A stretch of DNA of 64,000 nt, from NCBI RefSeq assembly GCF_001194135.2, contig NC_068987.1, positions 23,768,150 through 23,832,149 on the forward strand. The letters are read 5' to 3'. Positions 36,721 through 50,160 of the stretch are shown here, piece after piece. Under the pieces are notes generated by a model, which ran no database searches, had not been told where the DNA came from, and saw only the letters and a program-made list of their open reading frames with translations. Origin of the DNA: Octopus bimaculoides. Taxonomy: Eukaryota. The translations under genes and the position numbers were made by a program. The stretch's first letter is position 1, and each line of letters begins with the position of its first letter.

Positions 36721-37950
36721 TATTCTTAGACACTTAGATAAGTCTTGACTAGAATTGGCTCAGGCCATATCTAACTTTATAGCACCACTTGGAAAAGACA
36801 CTTGATTTTTCATATTACAGTTAACACCATAGCCCATTCGAGTAAAGAGTTATTGTTTGCAAAAATATATCTGGATGTAGGTGCTTCAACTGGAATTTGT
36901 TGAAGATATTTATCTAGGAACAGTTTGAATGTTATGTTAAATCTTTTTCTTCTCTTATGTGTCTTGGCATGATGATAAAGAGATCAGGGCCAGCTGAGAT
37001 AAAACAGTTCTGTCNNNNNNNNNNNNNNNNNNNNNNNNNNNNNNNNNNNNNNNNNNNNNNNNNNNNNNNNNNNNNNNNNNNNNNNNNNNNNNNNNNNNNN
37101 NNNNNNNNNNNNNNNNNNNNNNNNNNNNNNNNNNNNNNNNNNNNNNNNNNNNNNNNNNNNNNNNNNNNNNNNNNNNNNNNNNNNNNNNNNNNNNNNNNNN
37201 NNNNNNNNNNNNNNNNNNNNNNNNNNNNNNNNNNNNNNNNNNNNNNNNNNNNNNNNNNNNNNNNNNNNNNNNNNNNNNNNNNNNNNNNNNNNNNNNNNNN
37301 NNNNNNNNNNNNNNNNNNNNNNNNNNNNNNNNNNNNNNNNNNNNNNNNNNNNNNNNNNNNNNNNNNNNNNNNNNNNNNNNNNNNNNNNNNNNNNNNNNNN
37401 NNNNNNNNNNNNNNNNNNNNNNNNNNNNNNNNNNNNNNNNNNNNNNNNNNNNNNNNNNNNNNNNNNNNNNNNNNNNNNNNNNNNNNNNNNNNNNNNNNNN
37501 NNNNNNNNNNNNNNNNNNNNNNNNNNNNNNNNNNNNNNNNNNNNNNNNNNNNNNNNNNNNNNNNNNNNNNNGGGGGGGGGGGAGATGTGTGTCCTAATAC
37601 AGTTGTGTAATGAAAATAGATGACCTATAAAATGAAGTGAGATATAATTAGAGAGATCTGTAAGAGGTTGAGTTTGTCAGTAATTTAGATATTACACACA
37701 CCAGCATAGAATCAGCTGTTAAATTGATGGTGATAATGAGTGTAGCAATGATACTGTTTCTGTTGTTGATGATAAAATACATGAGTGGCATACCAGACAT
37801 ACTGAAATTGGGTGGACTTAACATAAGTAAACTTGAACATTATTTTATCAAACGTAATATGTTTAAATTGACAGCATACTATGCTTATAGTGTTCAGACT
37901 GTGAAATAGATAGAAGTATGATAGAAGTGTCTTAATAGCATATATATATA

Positions 37951-38235
37951 CTCTTTTACTTGTTTCAGTCATTTGACTGCGGCCATGCTGGAGCACCGCC
38001 TTTAGTCGAGCAAATCAACCTCAGGACTTATTCTTTGCAAGCCTAGTACTTATTCTATCAGTCGTTTTTGCTGAACCACTAAGTTACAGGGGTGTAAACA
38101 CACCACCATCGGTTGTCAACTTAGTGGTTCGGAATAAGAACTAGGCTTACAAAGAATAAGTCCTGGAGTTGATTGCTCGACTAAAGGCAGTGCTCCAGCA
38201 TGGCTGCAGTCAAATGACTGAATCAAGTAAAAGAG
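37951..38235. repeat. Head-to-head pair of SINE 3' halves forming a long hairpin
   Basis: 37951-38055 is the reverse complement of about 38133-38235, with about 8 differences in 105 nt. Confidence 0.85.
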
Positions 38236-38859
38236 TAAGCAATGAGAGAAAGAGGGGACAGGGACAGAGAGGGGTGGGAGTAGGTCAAGGACAATAACAA
38301 TAACTCAATTATAAAAGTAGTTCAATATATTTTGGCAATAGTTTTGATAGGGNNNNNNNNNNNNNNNNNNNNNNNNNNNNNNNNNNNNNNNNNNNNNNNN
38401 NNNNNNNNNNNNNNNNNNNNNNNNNNNNNNNNNNNNNNNNNNNNNNNNNNNNNNNNNNNNNNNNNNNNNNNNNNNNNNNNNNNNNNNNNNNNNNNNNNNN
38501 NNNNNNNNNNNNNNNNNNNNNNNNNNNNNNNNNNNNNNNNNNNNNNNNNNNNNNNNNNNNNNNNNNNNNNNNNNNNNNNNNNNNNNNNNNNNNNNNNNNN
38601 NNNNNNNNNNNNNTCAATGCAAAGATAATTACAGGAGATAGAGAGAGAGTTACTGGTTAAAGAGAAAGAATTACTGATTAAAGTGAGAAAGAAAAAATTA
38701 CTGGTTAAAGAGAGAGAGGGAGAGACATTATATATGAAATAAAATTATATACATTATATATAAAATATAAATTATATACATTATATATGAAATATAAAAT
38801 AAAATGAGTGGTGAGAGCATCATTCAATATAAAGGACAGAGAGAAGGAGAGAGTAAGTA

Positions 38860-38910
<51 letters not shown>

Positions 38911-40540
38911 GGTGAGAGTTACATCCTCATCTGTCTATCACCATTGTTTTTTAACACGGGTTGGATGGGGCATTTTGAGGTGATGTTTTATGGCTGGATA
39001 CCCTTCCCAATTATCAACCAAACTCTTTTAATCACCTTTTATGGTACAAAGCAATAGTGTACATGTTCTATATCCCAGACATTAGATGTAAATCATGTAC
39101 TGGCAGACAGAGATATGTGAGAATTACATAAGATATACAATATATTAGACAAAGAGATAATGGGAGACTGTAACATTAGATATAAATATATATTAAACAG
39201 GCACACAGAGAGAAAGAGCTGTAATTATAGAATACATAACTAATGAGTACAGAAAGTGAGTTTTTGTACTCACTTTCTGATACTCTAGAACCCAGGAGAG
39301 TTAACCATTTCATGAACAACTGAAATCCCAGAGTAAGATACTCAACAGGAAACTATGATTCATTCTATATTAGAAAATCTAGAGTGCTACCAAATGTATG
39401 GGAAAATACAGTTAATAGGTGCAGCTAGACAGTACCTCTATCTTCTCCCTCAACGTGGGTCACACAATGTAATTAGTAGAAATGGTTACAATTTTATATA
39501 TATATATATATNNNNNNNNNNNNNNNNNNNNNNNNNNNNNNNNNNNNNNNNNNNNNNNNNNNNNNNNNNNNNNNNNNNNNNNNNNNNNNNNNNNNNNNNN
39601 NNNNNNNNNNNNNNNNNNNNNNNNNNNNNNNNNNNNNNNNNNNNNNNNNNNNNNNNNNNNNNNNNNNNNNNNNNNNNNNNNNNNNNNNNNNNNNNNNNNN
39701 NNNNNNNNNNNNNNNNNNNNNNNNNNNNNNNNNNNNNNNNNNNNNNNNNNNNNNNNNNNNNNNNNNNNNNNNNNNNNNNNNNNNNNNNNNNNNNNNNNNN
39801 NNNNNNNNNNNNNNNNNNNNNNNNNNNNNNNNNNNNNNNNNNNNNNNNNNNNNNNNNNNNNNNNNNNNNNNNNNNNNNNNNNNNNNNNNNNNNNNNNNNN
39901 NNNNNNNNNNNNNNNNNNNNNNNNNNNNNNNNNNNNNNNNNNNNNNNNNNNNNNNNNNNNNNNNNNNNNNNNNNNNNNNNNNNNNNNNNNNNNNNNNNNN
40001 NNNNNNNNNNNNNNNNNNNNNNNNNNNNNNNNNNNNNNNNNNNNNNNNNNNNNNNNNNNNNNNNNNNNNNNNNNNNNNNNNNNNNNNNNNNNNNNNNNNN
40101 NNNNNNNNNNNNNNNNNNNNNNNNNNNNNNNNNNNNNNNNNNNNNNNNNNNNNNNNNNNNNNNNNNNNNNNNNNNNNNNNNNNNNNNNNNNNNNNNNNNN
40201 NNNNNNNNNNNNNNNNNNNNNNNNNNNNNNNNNNNNNNNNNNNNNNNNNNNNNNNNNNNNNNNNNNNNNNNNNNNNNNNNNNNNNNNNNNNNNNNNNNNN
40301 NNNNNNNNNNNNNNNNNNNNNNNNNNNNNNNNNNNNNNNNNNNNNNNNNNNNNNNNNNNNNNNNNNNNNNNNNNNNNNNNNNNNNNNNNNNNNNNNNNNN
40401 NNNNNNNNNNNNNNNNNNNNNNNNNNNNNNNNNNNNNNNNNNNNNNNNNNNNNNNNNNNNNNNNNNNNNNNNNNNNNNNNNNNNNNNNATACATTCAAAT
40501 TATTTATTAATTGTTATAATGTGAATATTTAATATTTAGG

Positions 40541-41180
40541 AGACATGCCCTTTGCATTTTTCAATGCAAGGACCTTATTAGGCATGTTACTGATCAAATG
40601 ATGAATATTCTCTTGCAGAATTTCTTGCCAAGTTTCATGCAGTAACTCAAAAGATCTGGATTTGAAGATGCTTTCTTGTTCTTCTTATGAAGTGTCCTGT
40701 CAATTATGTCCCAGAGATGTTCAATAGGGTTCATATCTGGTGACTAGCTTGGCCATGGAAGCTTTTTTAATGCCATTCTCATCAAACAAATCTTGGGTCA
40801 TTTTAGCTGTGTAACAAGGAGCCCCATCTTCCATAAATAAAGAGTCTTTTTTAATCATTTCACCACTGGAGAGGATTGGAAGGAGTCCTTTCTGCAATAT
40901 GGACACATATTTATCTGAGTTTATGTTTCCCTCACACTCCACCAGCTATGTACAACCATTGCTCCAAATTGCTCCGCAGACCATCACAAAATAGCTGCAG
41001 TGTTTCATTGTTGGCTGCAATCTTTTCACATCAAATTTTTGTTCACAGAGTCTCCAGGCCCAGGTTTTCTATGATTTTACAGTGACTATGTCCACTTCCA
41101 GATTGACCCACAACATGGCTTCTTTCAGACAATTCCAAGGCTTCTTTTGTACTTGGCATGATTAAACAGTCACATATAGA
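40541..41180 (-). mobile_element. Tc1-family transposase relic (DDE region)
   Basis: INSDKYVSILQKGLLP...FMEDGAPCYTA, then frameshifted WPS*SPDMNPIEHLWDIID. Confidence 0.85.
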
Positions 41181-41336
41181 ACCCAAAACATAAAAGCGTC
41201 GATAAATAAAAGATATAGATCTTTACAAGTTAGAATAAACATAAAACAATGTTTTATGGGGTGTCTATTTCTGTCATGTCTTTCTGTGTGTGTGTGTATG
41301 TATGTATGTATGTATGTATGTATGTATGTATGTATG

Positions 41337-41394
<58 letters not shown>

Positions 41395-43406
41395 TATGTT
41401 TGCTTTTATGTCAAATTATATATAAAAGCAATTTAGCATTAAACTGAAAGCTTACTCAATACTTTAAATAGAGTACATGTTTATTAAATTTTTACAAGGA
41501 AAAGATTTACAGTGACTCCAAGGTATCTGCTTGCTTGCCTTCATCACACTATCAAACAGCCCAATGAAGGTAAGTAAGCCAAAACTTCAAAATCACTGTC
41601 AAACTTTCCATTAAGCAATACATACATAAGTACACATGTACATACATATATTACAATACATATACTCAGATACAAATGCATATTCTGTCGCTCTGTGTGT
41701 GTGGGGGGGGGGGATAATCATACACATGTATTCATAGGCACAGGTACTAAAATATAATTCCTCAATAAACATGCAGCATTCCATTACTAATGCAAATAGA
41801 TAGAGATTAGAATCACTACATATGACTGCCATGCACAGATAGGAGAAAAAGATAAACATCGACAGACAACTGAAGCAGATCTGAAGAATTTTAGTCAAAT
41901 ATATAAAAAAAAAAGCTTTGCTAGCTGTTGAGAAATTGGAACAAAGTTTTTTTTTAAATTCCTCAAAATCAGAGACTGGTGGAACACAGCAGCAATTAGT
42001 TTGTTCAGGCAGCAGAAAAACATATGAATGATAACATCAAAAACTATATTAGAAGCTTATTGACAGAACAGCTTACTGTAGACATGCAAATTCTTCAGTA
42101 CTTATTTGCCATATTTATTGCATATTTTTTGTTGATATTTTTTTGTTCACAACAGAAGAGACAAGCCTGTTTTGAAGGCCTACTCTCATCCATCATCCCA
42201 CTGTGAAGTACATTAAACGTGGAAAATCATTTGTACCCCTTCCTTATAAAACAAATTTCTATGGAAATGCACTGGTTTTGTTTCAATTAATTTTGAAAAT
42301 AATGAAGAATTTAGTGAAATGACTTTCTTATTATTAAGCTAATGTTTGGAACATAAATTAGTATGAGATTTTGATGGAAGGTTTTAATTTAAAACACTCT
42401 AAAACAGGAATTTTGTATTACAGGGACAGGATAGATTGGTATCAAAAGTGTTTAATAGCTTCAGTGATGGCCCCATTTATTTAACAATGACGGTAAATAC
42501 TAAGAGAATCTCACCTCTTCTGATGTAACCTATTAGATGAACATATAAGCTAAATTACTATCTTCAGCTTAAAAAGAAGCCAATTATTACAAAGTTGGTT
42601 GGTTGGCTGGTTGGTTGGTTGGTTGGTTGGTTGGTTGGTTGGCTGGTTGGTCAAATGATGTGGAAGGGGTGGGGTTTAACTCCAGGCTGGCTCTCATCAA
42701 GTAGACACATTTGGCACACAGATAGTCAACAGATTGACTAGGTTTTGAGCATATGGTTCTAGATATACCCAAGCTCCACTCTAGATGACAGCACACTCAT
42801 ATTAACATGCAGTGGTTAATGATATAAAATAATACACATACATATATCTATGTGTGTGTATATATACATACAACATAAGCATCATCATTTAACATCCATT
42901 TTCCTTGCTGGCATGGGTTGGCCAGTTTGACCAGAGTTGGCAAGCTGGAGAGCTGCACTAGGCCCCAGTCTAATTTGGCTTGGTTTCTATTGCTAGATGC
43001 GCTTCCTAATGCCAACCACTTTACAGAATGTGCTGAGTGCTTTTCACATGGACTAGCGCAGGTGCTTTTTATGTAGACTGCCATGGGTACTTTTTACATC
43101 GACAGACACAGGCACTTTTTACATGGACCAACATGGTCACTTTTTACATGAACCAGCACTGATGCTTATTATGTGAACCAGCACAGCTACTTTTTACTAG
43201 GACTGGCATATGTATGTGTGTATATACATACATATATGTGAGTTCATTTGCTCATTTAACATCCATTAATTCATGTTAGTCCCTTCCTGTTGTTAACAGA
43301 TTTCACATGTCTTCAAAAGTGAGAAGTGCCCAGACAATTTCCAGACAGAAGAGACATCATCATCATTGCTCATAGTTTGCGCACAAATGAAAACAAACAT
43401 TCACAC

Positions 43407-43447
<41 letters not shown>

Positions 43448-43957
43448 TGTCTACTAAATTCACTCACAAGGCTTCGGTCAACCCAGGGCTATAGCACAAG
43501 ACACTGCTCATGGTGCTGTGCATTGGACTGAATCCAAAATTATGTGGTTAGGAAGTAAACTTCTTAACCATGCAACTATGCCTGTACATACACACACACA
43601 CACACATTATATCATATTATATATAAACACACACACTTAGCAGTGGCTTTGAAGTCTCATCATACAGAGTTAATTTGAAGCTTCTGACCATAACTTAATA
43701 GGGTTTACACTTTTTATAACTGACCTGAAGATGACCAGGACAGTGTGGACCTGAACAGTACTTGGGCAGGATTTGAACTCAGAACATAAACAGATATGAC
43801 CAAGTTCCACAAGGGACTTTTAGCCAATGCTCTACCAATTATGTCACAAACCAAATCTCCAACATTCCTTGGAAAGTTTAGCCTATCTATACCATAATTC
43901 TATGTACTGTATGTACACCTTTGATGAGTTGTAATGCACCTGAGCACTAAACAATAA

Positions 43958-43988
<31 letters not shown>

Positions 43989-44555
43989 GTAAGAGATCTT
44001 AAAAATAATTTTTTTAAATTAAAAAAAAAACCAGATCTTTCTGTATTTTACATTTTGCACATGTATGCATACATGTACACATACATAACTGCACATTTCA
44101 GGCATTTGGCTTTATGAGTTGCAGAAAATAAATTAGGTTTTGATGACTCAATAAAGATATATATAGATCACATGCTACCTTCATTCGTTTAGAAGGCAAT
44201 GAGAATTTAATATTTACCTGACAACACTTTCAACTGTTTGCTTAAAGCTACAGAACTAATTAAGAAATGCCTTCATAAGTGCAATGTCTGAGCAGCCATG
44301 GCCCTGTTCATAAATTTGTGTCTCCTAACATTGAAATATTTATGTATAAAGAAAGTGGTGTATTGTGATGTAAAGGAGAAATTGGTGGCGTAATAAAACT
44401 GTCGTAATGTGTGTGTGTGTGTGTGTGTGTGGTAGCTGTTTTGGGAGGATTGTATATAGTTGTACACATGGGAGGTAGGTAGGTCTGTGTATTATCTCTG
44501 TGTGTGCATGTGAAGTATGCAAACACAGAAAAGTGAACATTAAAATTATGATGAT

Positions 44556-44595
<40 letters not shown>

Positions 44596-44897
44596 NNNNN
44601 NNNNNNNNNNNNNNNNNNNNNNNNNNNNNNNNNNNNNNNNNNNNNNNNNNNNNNNNNNNNNNNNNNNNNNNNNNNNNNNNNNNNNNNNNNNNNNNNNNNN
44701 NNNNNNNNNNNNNNNNNNNNNNNNNNNNNNNNNNNNNNNNNNNNNNNNNNNNNNNNNNNNNNNNNNNNNNNNNNNNNNNNNNNNNNNNNNNNNNNNNNNN
44801 NNNNNNNNNNNNNNNNNNNNNNNNNNNNNNNNNNNNNNNNNNNNNNNNNNNNNNNNNNNNNNNNNNNNNAGTATATATATATATATATATACCGGAG

Positions 44898-44954
44898 TAA
44901 CAAAACTGTCCGATGAACGGGAACATGAAACTCAGAGTAACGGTTTTTTTGTTA
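44898..44954 (+). ncRNA. Minimal type I hammerhead ribozyme-like motif
   Basis: Stem I aaaactgt/acggtttt; core CCGATGA (U4C variant); stem II acg-GGAA-cat; GAAA; stem III actc-a-gagt; GTA cleavage triplet at 44937-44939. Confidence 0.65.
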
Positions 44955-44984
44955 TATTTCTGCTGCTTTTAAATAGAGTATATA

Positions 44985-45030
<46 letters not shown>

Positions 45031-45438
45031 CAAACAGTATATTTGCTATATGTGTGTGTATGTGTTTATCTCAGAAGGCAAAAGTTGACAGTAACTTCAA
45101 AGTTCTTAGCAAAAATAAATTTCATACAATATATATATTAAGTTATCTTTCATTTAATGTCTGACTGCTTTTAAGCATGATTTTGCTATGTATTTCCTTA
45201 TTTTCAAAATAGCCACACTGTATCCCTCTGTGTGTCTATTCAAATCACTGCCAACTTGTGGAGCATTGTCAACACATTTATTAACCAGAGATGGTTGATT
45301 TCATTTCCAATGAGTTCAATGTAATTTTTACAAATATACAACTGATTGTTTATGTAAAATAATGTGTGTGTGTGTGCCAGAGAGTATAAAGTCCATATCA
45401 TTTAATGTAACTATCAATTCTAGAAGGATTAATTGTTA

Positions 45439-45497
<59 letters not shown>

Positions 45498-45968
45498 ATA
45501 CACACAAATGCATATGTGTGTATGTTTAAAACATTCATGAGAATCTATGTGAACAATCCCAACACAGATGGCAAAAGGTAATAAAAATAAAAATCAATCA
45601 AAAAATTTAGCTAAGAAAGAGACAAATCTTCAAAAGTACAAGAAACTACAATGAATATGGTAGAAATATAATTGACTGAAGAAAAGAAACACATACTGAG
45701 ATTAACTGGGAGTTGCAATCATCATCATTATTTTTCCATGTTTTTCCATGCTTGCATGGACTAATTATGCAATTACAAGTTAAGTTGTACAACTCATTAG
45801 GACAAACACATACTACAATGAAAATACATATTGTTGATCTTAATATTCAAGCAATATTCAAATATTTCATTTAGAAATGTTTAATTCATAAATTCATTTA
45901 AATCAAATGATAAATGCCCAAAGTGCAACAAATTACTTCTTTTTTATCATAGTTGATATAAAGAGTGA

Positions 45969-46194
45969 TTAACCCTTTCATTACCACATTTATTTTGAGA
46001 TACTCTGTGTTTCTTTCAATTAATTCTAAAACAAAGAATTTAGTAAAATAACTTAATTATCATTAAGCTAGTGTTAGGGACATAAACTGTGATTAAGGTT
46101 TGGTGGAATATTTTAATTCAAAACTTATGAAAATAAGACATTTGTACAACAGAGCCAGAGGCAGTTTCAGCCGGGTTGATATCGAAAGGGTTAA
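45969..46194 (+). mobile_element. piggyBac-type MITE (TTAA duplication)
   Basis: TTAA|CCCTTTC...GAAAGGG|TTAA, about 220 bp. Confidence 0.75.
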
Positions 46195-48571
46195 AACAAT
46201 TGTCACTTTAACAGAGACAGCTTCACTGGTGTTGAATATTCAATATATACATAATTACACATCATCATCATCATCATCCACATTTAACAGCTGTTTTCCA
46301 TGCTGGCAGGAGTTAGATGGTTTAACAGTATCCTGCAAGCCCAAGGACAGCATTGAACTCCAACATCTGCTTTAATATGGTTTCTACAGCTGAATGCCCT
46401 TCCTAGTGCCAACCAATTTGCAGTGTGTACTGAGGGCTTTTTCTCATACTATTAACACTAATGAGGTTGCAAGACAAAAACCCTCAACTGACATGACGAT
46501 GTCTGAGAGAGGAGGAATTAGCTTTGTGCCAGATGTTGAAAGACTAAAGTAGTGATATCATATCTTTCATGTCTTTGCTCCAGGGAGTAGAGTTACATTT
46601 ATTTCAACCCCACCCAGTGGCTCATTTGTTACATTGCAGCAATATCCTTAGTGTTACAGCATTGTATTGTCTCAAATTTTGCTATTAGTTTGACACAGTG
46701 TGGTGACAATAATTAAGTGCAATAGTTCAAACTATACTCTTTGCCTACAGATGCATGTAACTTCTTGCCAAAATTTGAAATCAACATTTTAAATGTCTTC
46801 AATACCCATCAGAACACACAGATGTACAATGTGTATGTATGTGTTAATTCACACACTTTCTAACCTTCAGTTGTTATTTCATAGTTCTTTAATCTCTGAC
46901 ATTTTGGGGGTAGAACTGGTCATGATTATTTTGGAAAAGGTCAAAACACCCAATTTATGTTTAAAATTACTGATACCTCTTCCTCACAGCTAACTAACTT
47001 ATTCCACTTTCTCAACTGCTTATATTAATCAATTTTTTATTAACATCTTTTTAATCAGTAGGAGAGGTAGTGTCCATGACCCTTCCCAAGGCCCTTGAAG
47101 CTCTGGGAGGAAGGTATTCTCAAAGTGGAAACCTGAACCAAATGTTTGCTACATGCCCCTAAGGTGCCAGATGGTGGTGTTAAACCAAACAATGGATTAA
47201 GTATCCCACCCAATTGAGCTACAGCATGACGTGAACTCAAAACACAAAGCTAAAACAAATACCACAAGGAACCAGTTAAATGTAACAATTGTGCCGAACT
47301 AGTGATCTGAATTGGTACTTTTTCTATTCAGCCTTGAAAGGATAAAAGGCATAGTTGACTTCAACAGGATTTGAACTTGGAGTGCCAAGTGTCAGGCGAA
47401 ATACTGCAAAGCATTCTAATCTGAAATTTTAACAACTTTGCTACTTACTGTTTTTATTAATTGTTGAAGACAAACACTTGTTTCTTGAGATTCTACTGTT
47501 TCTACTCAAATGATTTTTAATTTTGGGCACAATTACATGTAAAGGATAGAGTGTAGTTGGTTTTTAATTCACCCCAGTTTTGACTGTTTTTATTTTATCT
47601 CTCTCAACCCAGAGATGAGAGGCAAAGTTAGCTCCCAACAGCTTTCAACCCAGAATTTAAACAGCCAGCTGTTTTCTCTTTCTCTTTCACACACTCACAC
47701 ACAGAGTTATGTTCTTACAAGTCAGTCATAAGAGTAGGAACGATGGCTATGTTGTTTGCAGAGCCATCTAGTCGAAGTGGTTGACATAAAACTGGGGTGA
47801 TGTCAGGTATGTAGCAAGACCACATGGAATAAGGCAGCCTATTGTAAAATCATGTCTCTGAGAGAAGGTTACTCCAAAATAGTCAAGGAAGTCATGGCAC
47901 AGTGTACCACGACTTCAAAGTTTACAAACAAATCATCCATGTGGCTAATAGTCTAATTCAATCATAGGCAATCTGTGACCTGCAAGACTTTGGCTTGACT
48001 AATGAAAAATTATCTTGAATTTTTCTTAAGAGTGTAGCCAACCTGATGATGAACCACTTCTCATGTGGCCTGCTTCTCAAAAAAGGCTGCCCATGCCTGG
48101 TCTAATCATTCTATATAGTTCTCTAATATGACACACAAACAGAATAACTAACATTTCTCTACTGTACTGTTAGACCCTCCTACATCAAAACTAACAGGTG
48201 AGTCCATCATAAGAGTGTGCACATGTGATGTGTGTGTGTCTCCTAAAACCAGTGACCTGGCCCAAAAACTTCCAACAGAGTGGACTTTGATTAAGGCACC
48301 AACCAGTCAAAACAGTGGTGTTAAACTAACAGGTTAAGCAAAAACAAAAACTGGAACCATCTATCTGATGGACTCTCACACAGATTATGTTTAACCAAGG
48401 TCATTCACAAAGCTTCAGTTGATTTAAGGCTATAGTAAAAAAAAAAAAAGTTGCCCAGGATGTCATGCCTTGAGATTGTACCTGAACACTTATAATTATG
48501 ATGCAAACTTCTTATCCATGCAGCCATTTATGATGGTATGTAATTTCTGTTTAAAGTTTCAACACATTTTT

Positions 48572-48799
48572 TTAACCCTTTCGTTACTGTATTTATTTTG
48601 AGATGCTTTATGTCTCTTTCAATTATTTTAAATATAACAAAGGATTTAGTAAAATAACTTAGTTATCATTAAGCAAGTGTTAGGAACATAAATTGTGACT
48701 ATGGTTTGGTGGAAGATTTTAATCAAGAACTTTTGAAAGCAAAACATTTGTACTCAGAACCAAAGCCGGTTTCAGCCGGGTTGGTAACAAAAGGGTTAA
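48572..48799 (+). mobile_element. piggyBac-type MITE (TTAA duplication)
   Basis: TTAA|CCCTTTCGTTAC...GTAACAAAAGGG|TTAA. Relatives at about 3149, 11170, 21770, 22755, 42223 and 60619; a different subfamily at 50677-50906. Confidence 0.8.
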
Positions 48800-50056
48800 T
48801 TGGAAGGGTGTAGAGTCTGATATATATTTGTCCATTCTTTTGCGTAACATCCATTTTTCCATGCTAGCATAGGTTATTAGATGGTTTCACCATGCGAGAC
48901 TATGTCCAGAGTGAACACTACAGGTTTGATGGAGAATGGGGTATATTTAACGCAGCATTTTATGAGCAAATACCCTTCTTGTCACCAGTTCTAATCTGTT
49001 TCCAATTGTGATTTATTATTTCACTGATCTTTGAAAATGAAAAACAGCAGTTACTATGTCAACAAGGAATGTAAACATCACATTACCTTTTGCTCAGATG
49101 GCAACAAGCAAAGATGTGGAAGATCAACATTCATGTGCATGTACGCACACACACACACACACACACACATTATATATTTATGTGTGTGTTATCTCAGGTT
49201 ATAAACTTGTATCTTAAAATGTCTTAGTTATAACACATACTCTCTCTTTGAAAAATCCAGCTCATTAATAAATATATTTTACATGTATCACACTGCACCT
49301 GACACTACTGCTGCTGCTGCTGCTGCTGCTGCTACTACTACTACTACTACTACTACTACACATAGATAGGCAATAATGAAAGTGATGGTATGCAGATGGT
49401 ACTGTTCACATCAGTTGGAATCTCTCTTAACTTTAAATAAACTACTCTGCCATTGTTTTGAGACACCACCCATCCACTCAGCCATACACCCACACTAACA
49501 CAAATCAGCAAGGCTTCCAGACTTTTCTTTTATAAACATATACAGGCATTGACTGGTTAACTTGTTTACTGGTTTCTTTTCTTTACGCCTTTTTTTTTTC
49601 ATTACTTTCAAAGAGTCACAACAATAACATCAACAATGACAGCAACAACCAACAATCAATACAAACAACGCCAAAGACAATACAAATATCAACAACAAGA
49701 ATAGTGTTGAGAAATAGCAGTCATATCATACCATGTCAATGTGAAGGAATACATTAATTAATATAGTCCTGGATGCACTGTGTCAGATTAAAAGAGAAAG
49801 AGTCACATTTGGAAAACCTTGGATCAAAGGTCTTCTGGAGGAGAGCTTACCTGGGATGACATAACAACAACACTAACAACAACACTAAGAGATGCATGTG
49901 AATGGAAGAATGAAGAAATGAATGCAGTGCTGTTTACCTTTATTTACAAATGCTGACCTATGTATGGCTGAAAGAAAGCAGACATGGAGTCACTTAGCAT
50001 TATAGGGAAAGAGAAGAGAAAGAAAAGGGAGTGGACGAGAGAGAGAGAGAGAGAGA

Positions 50057-50160
50057 GGTGGAGACTGAGAGAGAGAGAGGTGGAGACTGAGAGAGAGAGA
50101 GGTGGAGACTGAGAGAGAGAGAGGTGGAGACTGAGAGAGAGAGAGGTGGAGACTGAGAGA
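50057..50160. repeat. 22-bp tandem repeat, about 5 near-perfect copies
   Basis: Unit GGTGGAGACT(GA)6 starting at 50057, 50079, 50101, 50123 and 50145. Confidence 0.9.

Noticed and set aside
36957-40524. Long ORFs containing X runs (also at 44.3-44.9, 60.9-61.8 and 62.9-63.7 kb)
   Set aside because: They span N-gaps and are artefacts.
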